Positions 42,281 through 55,919 of a DNA stretch of 64,000 nt are shown here, piece by piece. Below the pieces are notes generated by a model. That model saw only the letters and a list, made by a program, of their open reading frames with translations, made no database searches and was not told the DNA's origin. Origin of the DNA: Octopus sinensis (Eukaryota); contig NC_043011.1 in NCBI RefSeq assembly GCF_006345805.1, positions 64,926,464 to 64,990,463 on the forward strand. The letters run 5' to 3'. The stretch's first letter is position 1. Every line of letters begins with the position of its first letter. Made by a program: the position numbers and the translations under genes.

Positions 42281-42425
42281 CGGCGGGCTTCTTTCAGTTT
42301 CCCTCTACTAAATCCACTCACAAAGTTTTGATCTGCCTGAGGCTACAGTAGAAGACACTTACCCAAGGTGCCACCCAGTGGGGCTGAACCCGGAACCATG
42401 TGGTTGATAAGCAAGCTACATTATT
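42040..42425 (-). mobile_element. tRNA-headed SINE
   Basis: Same family as 22385-22830. Confidence 0.85.
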
Positions 42426-42559
42426 TGATAAAATGTGTCATTATAGACTGTACAAAGAGTGTGTAGCTTTGAGGGCTGGACAAACACATTAATGAATAAA
42501 AATGAAATAGAATGAATAACCCAACACCCGCCGATTGGATTTTTCTCGAAAAAATACTT

Positions 42560-43740
42560 TCTTTTTTAAAAAAACTCAACATGAGGTTTCAAACCTCTTA
42601 CAAAATGGAAGCACTAAAACCTCTTGTTTAATATGTTTTTTTTAAAGAAACAATTGAGGTTATAAACCACTACAAATAATACAAAAAATGATGTTTCATA
42701 CCCTATAACGGGGGTCTTTCACCTCCTACTCTTCGATATATCCATCGATATATTCATCATTATCTTCAATGCCGCTTGAGTTCCTGTATCCCATGCCTCA
42801 CTCATGTGACACCCCTCAACAAATCCTTTAAGCCTTTCCCAGAAGGGAAACCTTATGACCTCCACAGCTATCTGCGGAGGCCCTTCGGGATCCCGTGTGA
42901 AGGGCATATCTACTGTCTCTTTATGTTATTATACTAATTTCCACCTCTACGACTTAATAGAAAAAGATAATTAATTGATCATCTTTAAGGGTGCGGTGTT
43001 TTTTCCACCGGGGGTGGCACAACTTCGGGACATGCAGATGGCACATCACCTCTCCGCTGAGATGACCCGTTCTTCTTCCTTCTTTTTTTTTATTTTCTTC
43101 CTGGCTTCTGGAGAGTGGAGCTCTTCCGCTTTGTCCGGAGTCTCTCCTCCGCCTCCCGAAGCCTTAGGTTCCTACGGCAGGCAATTATTGTTGCTCGCCT
43201 TCTTCCTTTTTAATCATTTTTGAGTTGAGGTGGCTGAAGCCTCCTCGACCATATCCACCTCTCCCTTTGACCAGGTAGGGGAGGTGGAATCTAGTGACTG
43301 TTCCAGGACCTTATCATGGTCCTGGGGGGCAGTTCTTCTTAATGTGGCCTGGCTGCAGGCACGAGCGACACTTGGGGGGACGTCTCTCAGGTATCACCGG
43401 ATACCTGCAGCCAGCCACGTTCAAGAAATCTGGAGAAACCAGATCTGTTACGGCCGATGGGGTCCACAGGGTCAAAATCGCTTTTGACCCTTCCGAATCG
43501 ACCGCCGGCAATACCCTTACATTTAAGAGCCTGGGCCCGCCATCCCCCATCGGATGGTATCTTCAAGCTATCCTTCGGTACCTGGGGGTAACCCCATACC
43601 CAGTGTATTCCGTTGTAATTTTGTAGAAGAACAGAATTTCCTTGCCGGATCATAAAGGCTGACAGACGACACGCAAACTGGCGAGCATTTTTTCCCCGTT
43701 GTCAAACAGCAGCCATACGGGCGGTTGCGACAATGTTTAT
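42560..43740 (-). mobile_element. Gag/ORF1-like zinc-knuckle element without ORF2, disrupted
   Basis: GC-rich island; CRSCLQPGHIKKNC (CX2CX4HX4C) followed by K/E-rich tail; stops and frameshifts; no RT adjacent. Confidence 0.65.
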
Positions 43741-44787
43741 ATTAAAGAGGACAATATTCTTTGAGTTCAGTTTTTTATGCTTGTTTTTAGGAAGACGTTG
43801 ATGGAATTAAGATCTTTAGAATAAGTTTCTAGTACCATGTATCCTCCATATCTTCTCCTCACATTACTTTTAACCACTGCTTGGCGGGTTAATTTCCCAC
43901 TCTAAGACAGAGATTTTCCTTTTTAAGTTTCTTCTCTGCCATGTCAAAAAACAGTTCAAAATTTGTTCAAAAGAGAGTCTGCCGAAAAATTAAACCGAAT
44001 AAAAAATAAAACAAAATAAAAGAGGAGAGGAGGAAACTGAAATTAAAGTAATAAAAAGAATGAACCAAAATTTAGAAAGAAAGAAAAATAGAAGGAAAAG
44101 TAAAAGAAAAACCTCACAAATAGCACAGACATGGAATCCTTTGTATAATACTCCAAAAAGGTAATACAAATGGCTTATTCCAGTTCGGAAAAATTGTACT
44201 TTTCTGGCGAGATACGCCCACTAGAATTTACGAAAAGAGTTTTCAAGCAAAAACTCTAAATTCACCGTTACGGTGATGAGAACCCAGTATTTTGCTCACG
44301 GAACCCAAAAAAAAATCTTGTCACTCTAACAGTCCAGACCAACTAGTGTTGCATTCTGGGTAACCGGAAGTAAGCAAGCTACTTACCACGCAGCAACGTT
44401 TAAGTTGATAAATTAATTAGCAACTATTGCTCTCTCTGTGTCCCTGTCTATCTATATATATATATATCGTATATATATTATATATATATATATATATAAG
44501 TAAAATTAAAGGCCAAAGGATATATGTAATTATATTCCTCTTATCAGTCTCTGATTATAGTTAAATGCTGGCTACTGATGACTTGTTTCTCTTACTTTTA
44601 TATTTTATAATATTATAGTATATTTCGTATATATATATATATTGTATCTATATATATATATATATATATATGTAGCTACTATATTATAAATATATATATA
44701 ATAGAGGATATTATATATCTACGTTCGATATGTAAGTATTCGTATGTTGTATTTCTATATATATGTATTTAGGTTTTTTATGTGTGT

Positions 44788-44845
44788 ATTCTACTGACGA
44801 GGCAAGGCGTTCGTAAATGTAATCCAGAAATACGGGAACTAGAAT
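44788..44845 (+). ncRNA. Decayed hammerhead motif in PLE relic
   Basis: ATTCTA-CTGACGA-GG..CCA-GAAA..TAGAAT; stem I perfect, stem III broken. Confidence 0.4.
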
Positions 44846-45079
44846 TATCCAGTAATTTTTTACTAGCTTCATCTTGTCACTTTGTTTTCTCTCCGTTTTG
44901 ATTGATATATGAACAATTAAGGTGGTTTTAGAGTCAGATCATGGCTGCTATTTTCAGCATGGTGGTATCTCATAGATACCCTAATTTATAAATCTATAAT
45001 TATTACCTTTGAAGGTTATTTTTTTCCATCTGACCACTTGATAAAATTGTTATTTTATTTTAAATAACGATCTTACCAT

Positions 45080-45115
<36 letters not shown>

Positions 45116-45461
45116 ATAATATTATATCTATATATATATATATATATATAACATACACTCATGCACATTTTTTGAAGCTACTGCACCCGAAAAGACTAAA
45201 CAAATACAACAGGGCTTGCGCACACTACAATCACATACGTAAACACAAACACACATTGAAATATTAACGTATGAATTTCCTTCGTTACTCACGCAATCTA
45301 CAGTACGCCTGTGAAATGTATATATATATTGGACACACTCATCATGCCAGTAATGCTATTTTAATGTGATGTTAATATTTCGAGAATGTCAAAATTTATT
45401 GAAATAATACTTCCTAGACATATTTTATATAGCACATCTGTTACGTTGTATGATTGCACAG

Positions 45462-45550
45462 CGATAAATTACAAGTAACTGTACATTGTGTCACACAGGA
45501 AGTGGATCTGGAATTAAACACAATATATCGAACTATCAACCCATCGAAAT
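45462..45550 (+). pseudogene. Degenerate B-type exon DKLQVTVHCVTQEVD[L]ELNTIYRTINP[S]K
   Basis: TTGCACAG acceptor; 89 nt like B4; C5 and C6 replaced; donor lost in a TA repeat; possible terminal-exon relic at 45761. Confidence 0.5.
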
Positions 45551-45619
45551 ATATATATATGTGTGTATCTATCTTTCTATTTATCTATCTAAATACATAC
45601 ACACACACATATTATATAT

Positions 45620-45653
<34 letters not shown>

Positions 45654-46826
45654 TATATATATATATATGTATATATATAATATATATATATATTATATAT
45701 ATATATATATACCATTTTTTATATCAAACTTTTTGTGTCTAATTAATTCTGGTTCTCCAGGTGAATTTTATATCCATAATTAGTTGTAAAGTGGCTACAT
45801 CATTACATCAAAGTTGAAACTAGATCAAACAGAATTTCAAAATTAAACACTGTGACAGCAAGATCTATTGAGGTAGTGAACCACAACCGTGGTTGAAAGT
45901 CCTAAATCTCTCTTTTATTTTTATTTCATTACTCTTTCTTCTTCATTTCAATCTATCTATAAAATTTGTTTCAGTTATTTGAACGCGGCCATGTTGGACC
46001 ATCATTGTTACTCGAAGAAATGAATTTCAGGTCTTTACTTCATAGGGAACATAAAACTTGTGGAGCACCTTGGGTTAACTAGTGTATGGAAAACGAATAT
46101 GAAAAGGGATGCGTACAGACGACCCTGAGGTGAGAGGACTTTCGGAAAATTCACAAGATCCGATTTTGCGTCATAACTTATGGACATATATTGACATTTT
46201 CACGGAATCCTACGTTTTTTTATTGTAGAGGATCCGATTCTGAAAAGAAACATTCAAGGATCAGAATATTTAATTGGGCTAACTGGAATTTGAGGTCTAA
46301 CAGCTGTTTCTGTAACATTCCAAGTGATAGGTTAGCATGCATTTACACTGGGCATCCCATCATCAGAGAATAGGTGAGTATGTACGAAAGATGAGGACAG
46401 GGAAAGTAAGTGTTTCTAACGAATAAAATTGTAGAGACAAGAATAAAGAATAAAATAAGTTGATAGAAAACGTCAGAGAATAAGGCATCCACTCGTCTTC
46501 TTGAAGATGGTATAGGGCTGGGAAATACTTGGCTTTTGCTATTCTCATTCTTTTAATATAACTTTGATAAGTTTGATAGGTCTCGGCCAGTAGAGGTCCA
46601 GACCATGTTTAACTCAATTTTAGCTCAGATCAGTCAACGATATTTACTCCTTCTAACGACCCAAAACAATGTTATTATTTTAAACAAATAAATTACAAAA
46701 ATCCCCCATTTTGTGAGTTTGAGTGAATAAATTCCCTTTATTGATCTCACGAAAATTTAGTCATTTTACTAGTAAACAAATATAACCCTCACGAATTTTC
46801 ATTTTCTACAATTCCGTATTTTGACA

Positions 46827-46929
<103 letters not shown>

Positions 46930-47830
46930 ATAAAATGGTAAGACAGCAAAAGAATGAAGAGACCTCGGTATTGTGAAATTACAATTACTTATATATATAT
47001 ATATATTATATATATATTATCTATATACAAATTGAGATGGGATTGTAAATGCAACACTCCATGGGATAACATATATTCAATATACTGCTAGTGAAGTGCC
47101 CAACAAAGTTAATACATAAATGTAAGGATTGCGATGCAATCAATCATTTACTGTATTATATGGGCAAAGTAAATGATTTACCACAAATACTAATACGGGA
47201 TAAGAAAATGGAGAAATCCATCTAAATCAAATATCAATTACCAGATAATACTCAACCACATACTTTATTAAACCACCACATAAGATACTGTAGGGTTAAA
47301 TATAAAAAGCAGAACAAATCAGTGTACATAAAGGTATGTACATAAAAAAGTGTACATAAAAGAGTAATGTTCTATAATAAGTAGAATATATATAAAAGAG
47401 AATATAAATATAAGTAAATATAAATATAAGTATAGATTAAATCTTACAGCTGTTTCGGCCATGTAGATAAGTATGTCTCATTTTACCAATATTAGCCTTT
47501 TATGGTAGGTCAATAAATATATATAAATATGACATTTACAAAAATATCATAAGGCCTCTTCGGAGATATACATATACATATGAGTGCATATACTCACACT
47601 CCTATACATATAAAAATATACATATGCATAATAATATAAATAAATAATATAAATTAGTAAGCATATATATGTTCCATATTCAATGTTTCAGTTCTTCAAC
47701 TTGATATTGTGATAATAAACATACACATATTAGTAACTAGATGCAAAACCCTAAACCCACATATATATATAAACATATATGCAAGTGTTGGCCTTATAGG
47801 AATATGGTTATAATTTCTCGCTCCTAGTTT
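46930..47830 (-). mobile_element. Penelope-like pLTR family delta, copy 1
   Basis: Homologous to 53580-54190 and inverted 55400-55800; carries a hammerhead motif. Confidence 0.7.
47441..47567 (-). ncRNA. Minimal hammerhead (CCGAAGA core, 92-nt stem II loop)
   Basis: ATCT-CCGAAGA-GGCC..GGCC-GAAA-CAGCTG-TA-AGAT. Confidence 0.7.
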
Positions 47831-48197
47831 CTCTTTATTCACATACAATATTTGTATATATGATTTCACCTTAATCGGTCTGTAGACAGCGAAATCTGAA
47901 CGGTACTGTACAGATGTATAAAACGATGTGGTAATATATGTTGGGCGTTGAACTTTGGCATGGTTATTACATATGCACTGTTGGACAATTATTTGTAAAT
48001 TTAATTAATATTTACACTCGAATGTATGATCAATAAAATTTGACGATCATGCTTGCTGTAAATGTAAGGGATCAAATTCAGATACTTACGGTTTGACTAA
48101 CCAATGCGTATAAACGGGTCAAAAGTAGTAACATGTATGCTATTAGCGAATGGGCATGAGCAAGCAAAACGTTTCTATTTAACACGCATTATGTCAG

Positions 48198-48249
<52 letters not shown>

Positions 48250-48255
<6 letters not shown>

Positions 48256-48319
48256 CCGACCAAAGCCTTGTGAGTGGATTTGGTAGAGACGGAAACTGAA
48301 CGAAGCCTGTCGGATATCG

Positions 48320-48355
<36 letters not shown>

Positions 48356-48570
48356 GTGTGTGTGTGGTGTGTGTGTATGTGCGTATATGCTTGTGTGTCT
48401 GGTTGTGCCCCACAAACGTCACTTGACAACCGATGGCGGTGTGCTTACCTCCCGTTACTTAGCGGTTGGGGCAAAAAGAGAACGATAGAATAAATACTGA
48501 GGTCGATTTACTCGACTAAAGGCAGCTGCTCCAGCATGGCCACAGTCAAGGATTGAGATAAAAGACTAAA
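48250..48570 (+). mobile_element. tRNA-headed SINE, 5'-truncated
   Basis: CCGACCAAAGCCTTGTGAGTGGATTTGG body and CCAGCATGGCC tail. Confidence 0.8.
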
Positions 48571-48690
48571 ATATATATACATACACACACACACCACACA
48601 CACCCACACACATATATATATATATATATATTATATATAGATATATATATATATATTATTGTAACAATATAAATTATCTTTACCATAAGT

Positions 48691-48803
48691 ATGACTCGTA
48701 ATTATCTACTTGGTAAAGTGAAGAATACTAAAATAACCTTGTGCTTAGAAGCTCAAAGTGACACGCATGCTGAAGTACGTTTGTGGGTGATTCTGCTGGT
48801 TTT
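48691..48803 (+). CDS. Cluster gene 2 exon 1: ..HAEVRLWVILLV(F)
   Basis: Phase-2 donor TT|GTAAGT; aligns with exon 1 of genes 0/1 with ACG (48763) at the Met position; in-frame ATG at 48691. Confidence 0.6.
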
Positions 48804-49487
48804 GTAAGTATTTGCATTTTTAGTTTTCATTTCTGTTCAGAACAGAAGCTGGTGTGTGTGTCTGTGTGCATCTGTGTCCATACTAACGAGATGCATATGA
48901 AATAATACAGAAATGCAACTTTTTTATTTATGTTCCCCAATGCATACGATCGCCATTTGAATATAATACACGTATCTGAATATAATACACGTGTCTTTGG
49001 TTATTTGCATCAGGATGAAAGAACCAGTCCCCAATCGTAATATACAACTTCGAAAGACGTATTTGATGCCAGATGGGAACGTACATCTTGATACTTAATT
49101 TCAACAGGAAATTAAATTATCAAAATACATTTAAATATGACATTTGAATAATTAAACATGTGATTAACAGCATATAGTGATGACTATATTATGTATACAG
49201 ATGTATATGGTATTTTAGTGTAGGTTAGCAGATGCTACATCTTCGATATTTCTAAGTGCCACAGTTTTCCATACACAATTATTCACTGCCAAAAAGTTAA
49301 GCTGGCAAAATAAACCATGCTAGAATTTTTTGTTATAATATCTGCGCTCATTGCTGGTGAGTAACTGCAAAATTTGTTATGAATATATACTCTTTTAAAA
49401 CTATCTGTACTTATTTTCATATTTCCACCAAGTACATTACATACATACATACATACATACCTACAACATACATATATATATATATAT

Positions 49488-49521
<34 letters not shown>

Positions 49522-49635
49522 ATAATAGTATATAAAATTGAGGGAGATAAATTAATATTAATTTTATAATCAATTTAAAACCAGTAGTCCAGCATTCAAA
49601 AATCTGAGGAGTCAGAGAAAATTCAAATATATGTG

Positions 49636-49840
49636 TATATTGGCAGGGCTGGCCTGCTAGGTAGCCGGCCAGAATGCTAGAAGAAGATCATCAACGATCA
49701 ACTACAAGGGAAATTCTCTAGAGGAAGAATTCTGGTGTTCGCTGAATTCTTCCTCTAGAGAATTTCCCTTGTAGTTTGATCGTTGTTGATCTTCTTCTAG
49801 CATTCTGGCCGGCTCCTAGCAGGCCAGCCCTGCCAATATA
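49636..49840. repeat. Fold-back hairpin, ~97-bp arms, 11-nt loop
   Basis: TATATTGGCAGGGCTGG..GAAGAATTC / GAATTCTTC..CCAGCCCTGCCAATATA, about 3 differences. Confidence 0.92.
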
Positions 49841-49857
49841 TATATTTTATCTATATA

Positions 49858-49906
<49 letters not shown>

Positions 49907-50029
49907 GTATGCACCTGGGCTGTCGGTGTTTCTTCTACCCTACTCATGTTATCTGCGCTTAACATATACAGAACCAATTTCTCGTGACTTTTCTGTCCAA
50001 AAGAGGCTCATTCGTGAGACGTGAAGGCA

Positions 50030-50350
50030 CATAAGAGAACATATTCACTCTCTGTCATTGATTGAACTTGGAAATTTTATGAGAAACCCATTGACCCAAG
50101 TCAATGCTAGCTCATCATGAGTTACAGTGTGATTTTGTTCTACCATGGATGGCAACACATGCTCGTCAAGCTCTATCGAACTTCCGTGGGGTGACTCGCC
50201 TTCTAGGCTGTAGTTGACGCTGGCTTATACTTATTGTCTGATTCCCATATCCTGCATTAATTTTTCTTGCTCTTTCCGTTGGGTTGTTATATTTATTGAA
50301 CTCATAAATCAAAACATGCCGGATACCCTCCTTTTATTGCTTTGAAAAAA
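50030..50350 (-). mobile_element. Mariner relic
   Basis: INAGYGNQTISISQRQ and LGQWVSHK (WVPH-like motif) translations. Confidence 0.6.
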
Positions 50351-50591
50351 TAACTATTTATATCGAACTGCACACTTCAAAACTTTCACAAAGAACAGAG
50401 ACATGATAAAATTGCTCCCCATTTTTATAGCAAGTTGACATGGGTGGTTTATCCAGACTCCCTCAGAATCTTCTTTCATGCAATTGAAAAACCTGCTTAA
50501 ATATATCAGGACCTAATATATATATATACATAAACATATACACCCCCCAAACATTTTACATATATACATTCATATATATATATATATATAT

Positions 50592-50644
<53 letters not shown>

Positions 50645-50769
50645 TATATATATATATATAAATATACATATATATATATACATATATACACATATAATAA
50701 TGTGTGTGTTGGTGTATATATATATATATGCTTATATATATTATATATATGTATATATATATATATTAT

Positions 50770-50806
<37 letters not shown>

Positions 50807-50812
50807 CTACAC

Positions 50813-50859
<47 letters not shown>

Positions 50860-51100
50860 ATATATGCATATATATGTATATACATACAGTATGTATATAT
50901 ATATATACAGAGAGTGAGAGAGTAACACAAACATACAGATAGAGGCAGCGTATAATCGGACCCTTGATAGTCTGATTGTGAAATCGGTCGGTTTTAATTA
51001 TTTTAACATTCATTGCGGGAATTGATAATCGCTTTGATGTACTGTAGATTGTTCCATATGTTTTTTTTCTGTGGTTTAATAATATTTCACAACACCGTAG

Positions 51101-51211
51101 TGTATTCCTTTTAGGTTCGTCGTCAGAATTCTGTCACTCAGCAAGCAGGGAACTCTGCGTTGCTGCTTATAAAGCATTTCCTTCAAACAAAACAGGAAAA
51201 ATATCGTGCAG
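51101..51211 (+). CDS. Cluster gene 2 exon A4: (VFLL)GSSSEFCHSASRELCVAAYKAFPSNKTGKISC
   Basis: Phase-2 acceptor at 51101 completes the signal peptide (alternative phase-1 acceptor at 51115); AG|GTATAT donor; C-x7-C-x16-C. Confidence 0.82.
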
Positions 51212-51654
51212 GTATATATGTTTATAGATATCTACAATATTTTATCGTATATGTATATCGTATCAACATCTATAGTGATTTAATATTTGCATCGTAAAGT
51301 ATTGGCATTGAGACGACGAATACCCTCAGTAATATGTTATTTCAATCACAATAATAATGTTTGCAGTTAGTTACTCTGACATGAGTTTCGATCTTCATGT
51401 AACCGTTCCCAAACTGAAAAGTGTATGTTTAATTCATTGCAAAATATTTTTGCTTATACGTACATACAAAAAAAGGTTATACATAAAATAATGGGGTGCA
51501 ATACAAAGAAAGAAGGATTTGCAAGAAATTCAAGAGCGGGTAAGAATTCTCTTAAAGACGAGATAACTACTTCCGGGCATATTATCTATTATCATTATTG
51601 ACAGAAACTGTAGCGCACCTCATTAAAGTGACTATGTGATACAAATATTCGAAG

Positions 51655-52071
51655 CTGAGTATACCTATTTTGACTGCAAGTCTGATAAGGCTACACCAGG
51701 CACATGCATCACAATGACTTGTGCACGACATGGTGATCTTCTATCAAGAGTGACCTAGCTGTGGCACAGTCCCAATTTTTCTTTAGGTGGAGTAACAAAA
51801 GGTCTCTGTATAATGTTTAAGAATGCTGAACGAAGCACCCATATCCTGAGGTGTGTTTTTCGAATCCAAACGAATTTCTCTCAAAACATGGCTTCTATGC
51901 TCTCCCAATATTTCTTAACTTGATCGGAGACACACATATCCTCAGCTACTAAGAGATAACTCAGCTGATTAACGTGAGCAACTGGCAAGTAAATCTGTGG
52001 GATTGAGTAGAATTTTTGCTGTAGCCCATCTTTTACACCAAGGCAAATCACTTCGAATTATAATAATAATA

Positions 52072-52102
<31 letters not shown>

Positions 52103-52112
52103 TGTTCTTCTC

Positions 52113-52143
<31 letters not shown>

Positions 52144-52191
52144 TTATTATTATTATCATTATTATTATTATTATTATAATAATTATTATTA

Positions 52192-52259
<68 letters not shown>

Positions 52260-52815
52260 GACTGAGAGAGCAGTGCATGCCATCAAAGTGACACTGGATA
52301 AAATATGCGAAGCCCAGTATATCCAACATGGATACCCGTCTTATAACGGTACACCAGGAACAAGCATCACAATCAATTCTGCGCGACATGCTGATCTCAT
52401 ATCAAGATATAGAGCGCATGACCTTGCAAATGGGGCCCAGTTAGAATTTTCTAGCTCAAACGGCTCAAAAGGTCTTTGAATAAGGATTGTTGAAAGATTT
52501 TGAATGAACAAACCCTGTTTCCAGAGGTGAATTGTTCAAACTCCAAAGACTTCTTCTGAAGATATGGCTATGTTGCTCAACCACTACTTCTGTTCGTGAT
52601 CAGAGATGCACATATCGTCAGCCACTAAAAGACCTGCTCAACTGGTTAAGGTCAAACAACTGACAAGCAAATCTGTTGTATTGAGCAGAATATTTACTGT
52701 AGCCCATCTTTTACGCCAAGACAAAACAATGTACATGATAACACTTCCAATCAGTTAACATCAGAAGCCATGAGAGCCACTGTCTCTTACTGCATCAGGG
52801 CATTGTTAAATTGTG
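51655..52815 (+). mobile_element. Two tandem copies (old 51655-52050, young 52258-52815) of an unclassified interspersed repeat
   Basis: Shared blocks GTACACCAGG..CATCACAA..GACATG, GCAAATCTGT..GAGCAGAAT..GTAGCCCATCTTTTA; separated by TAA/CTT repeats. Confidence 0.7.
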
Positions 52816-53117
52816 CTTTCTATGGCAATAAATTTCCTTTTTTGCGATTATTTTCATTTAAATGCCGCTTCCATCAAATATTCAACAGGTTCCTTTATTC
52901 AATTCACCGGTCTTTCTTCTTCTTCTTCTTCTTTTCTTTCTTCTTCTTCTTCTTCTTCCCTTCTTCCTTCTTCGTCGGGTCTTCCTTCTTCTTCTTCTTC
53001 TTCTTTTCCTTCTTGTTGTTGTTGTTCCTTCTTCTTCTTCTTCGTCATTATATATATATGTATGTATATATGACGAAGAAGAAGAAGAAGAAGAAGAAGA
53101 AAGAAGAAAAAGAAGAA

Positions 53118-53148
<31 letters not shown>

Positions 53149-53518
53149 AAGAAGAAGAAGAAGAAAGAAGAAGAGAAGAAGAAGAAGAAGAAGAAGAAGA
53201 AGAAAAACACATATACATATATGTGTGTGTCTGGAAAAATCAAGTTCGAAAATGCTAAAATGATTTTTAAAAAACAGTTTAGTACCGGATTCGGTCATAG
53301 AGATTTTTCAACTCTAAGTATGGAAAATAATTAAATTTGGGAAAAATTCAATGAAAAGAATATTTGAGTACTATGCAAATATTCTTTTGAAATACTTTTC
53401 ATTTAATGTTTCTAAAATTTAATTGCTTCCCCTATTTACAGTGGAAAATGTCTCAGTGACCGAAAACAATAGTGAAATGTTTTTTTATAAAACTACCCTA
53501 GCATTTTCTACGTTGACG

Positions 53519-53579
<61 letters not shown>

Positions 53580-53583
<4 letters not shown>

Positions 53584-54017
53584 AATAAGAAAATGAGAAA
53601 TACATCTAATCATTATCAACTACCAGATAATACCCAATCACATAATTTATTAATTTATTAACTACATATGAACATTAAGGTCAAACATAATAATATAGAA
53701 CAATACAGTGTACATGAAGGAGTAATATGATACAATAAGTACAATATGTAAAAGAATATAAATAAATATAAATATAAATATAAACTATATCTTACAGCTG
53801 TTTCGGCCATGCAGATATGGGTGTCTCATTTTGCTCATATTAGCCATGTGTGATAGGTCAATATGTAGTTATAAATGAGACATCTACAAAAATATTCCAA
53901 GGCCTCTTCGGAGATTATGAAACATAAACTAAATTAAATTTACACCCATACAAGTGTGGGTACATACCCATAATATATCATATGCACATACATATGAGTG
54001 CATATACTTATACTCCT

Positions 54018-54058
<41 letters not shown>

Positions 54059-54190
54059 CATAATAATATAAATCAATATACATACATATGTTCCATATTC
54101 AATGTTACAGTTTTTCAACTAAATATTATGGTATTACAATATAGAAAACATACACATCTTAATACTCAAATGCAGATATACAAATCAAGG
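53580..54190 (-). mobile_element. Penelope-like pLTR family delta, copy 2
   Basis: Homologous to 47200-47760. Confidence 0.7.
53789..53915 (-). ncRNA. Minimal hammerhead (paralog of 47441-47567)
   Basis: ATCT-CCGAAGA-GGCC..GGCC-GAAA-CAGCTG-TA-AGAT conserved while the loop diverges. Confidence 0.7.
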
Positions 54191-54929
54191 GTACATTATA
54201 TTAATTTACAAAATGTCATTAATATTACCATCATTACTATTATCATTACCACTATTGCTACTTATCATTATTATTATTATTAATAACACTAATACGAGCA
54301 AAGCAATATATGCATCACACGCGTTAGCAACATATAGCAAAAACAGAACAACAATAGTACTACAGTACCATGCAAAGCATTAAAGGTTTGCATATACATA
54401 TAAACGGAAAAATAAAGCATTTGGTTTACATGATATTAAGTTCCACAGGTGTATAAAATGTAGATGCGAGTGCAGTCTATAATTTCAACTGACACAAATA
54501 CAGTATTACGTTCAGAAATAGTTAAGAATCGAACGCTAAAATATGATTGGCCTGTAGATTTAAATTTAAATTTCAATTGTCTTCGTGACGGTTGGTTTGT
54601 TAAGAAACACCCACACACGCACACATGCAAACGTGCGCCCACACATACATACACAGACAAACCACAACACAAGATATACCCCCCCCCCCCACACAAATGT
54701 TTACATACAAATCTACTCACATATATCCATAGAAATGCATATATGCAAGCACACAGACATCTATACCCAGTCGATGTAAGTTATTATCACACTTTACATA
54801 ATTAAAATAACACCGTATATTTTGTAAACAATTTATCGTGCTACTGAAACTTCTAGATAGTCACAATTTCGACTGCGTTCCCATTCAAACTTTCACTAAT
54901 AACAATCACAGCATGGGAAAACTACACCA

Positions 54930-54966
<37 letters not shown>

Positions 54967-55399
54967 ACACACACACACACACACACCACCCGCATACATC
55001 CATAACATATATACACTCGCATGCACTGCATCTGCAAACATTCGCATATCATATTCTATTTAAATATGTATTTATGTATTCATACGTATAAGAAAAAACA
55101 TATACACATATTCCACCTATGAATATACATATACATATAAATGCACATACACATACATATACATAAACATTTCGACATATCCACATATATTTTACGAAAA
55201 TACCAAATACATGTCTGCCCACCAAATGACGTATAAATACATAACAATATGTTAACGAAATTACAATTAATTAAGATATAAGTAAATTATAAGTTAATTA
55301 TAAATTAATAAGGGCTTTTACTTAAAAAAATAAAATAAAATAAAATAAAATAAAATAAAAAAATAAATAAGAATAAATAAAATAAATGAATAAATAAAT

Positions 55400-55800
55400 A
55401 AATTAATATATATTTATATTAATATATTAATATATTTATATTTATTTATATTCTTTTATACATATTGTACTATTGTATCATATTACTCCTTCATGTACAC
55501 TGTTTTGTTCTATATTATTATGTTTGACCTTAATGTTCATATGTAGTGGTTTAATAAATTATGTGATTAGGTATTCTCTCGTAGTTGATAATTGATTTAG
55601 ATGTATTTCTCCATTTTCTTATTTTATATTATTAATTTGTGGTAAACGTTTTACCTCTGCCCAAATAATACAGTAAATGAATTAATTGCATCGCAATTCT
55701 TAACATTTATGTATTAACTTTGTTGAGTACTTCACTAGCAGTATATTGGATATAAGTTTCCCATGGAGGGTTGCATTTACAACCCCTATCTCAATTATAA
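55400..55800 (+). mobile_element. Inverted fragment of pLTR family delta
   Basis: Reverse complement of 47030-47430 and 53580-53770. Confidence 0.7.
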
Positions 55801-55869
<69 letters not shown>

Positions 55870-55879
55870 ATATATAATC

Positions 55880-55919
<40 letters not shown>

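Noticed and set aside
46031-46373. Two exon-like Cys-containing segments
   Set aside because: First acceptor lies in a SINE relic and has an in-frame stop; second lacks the family pattern
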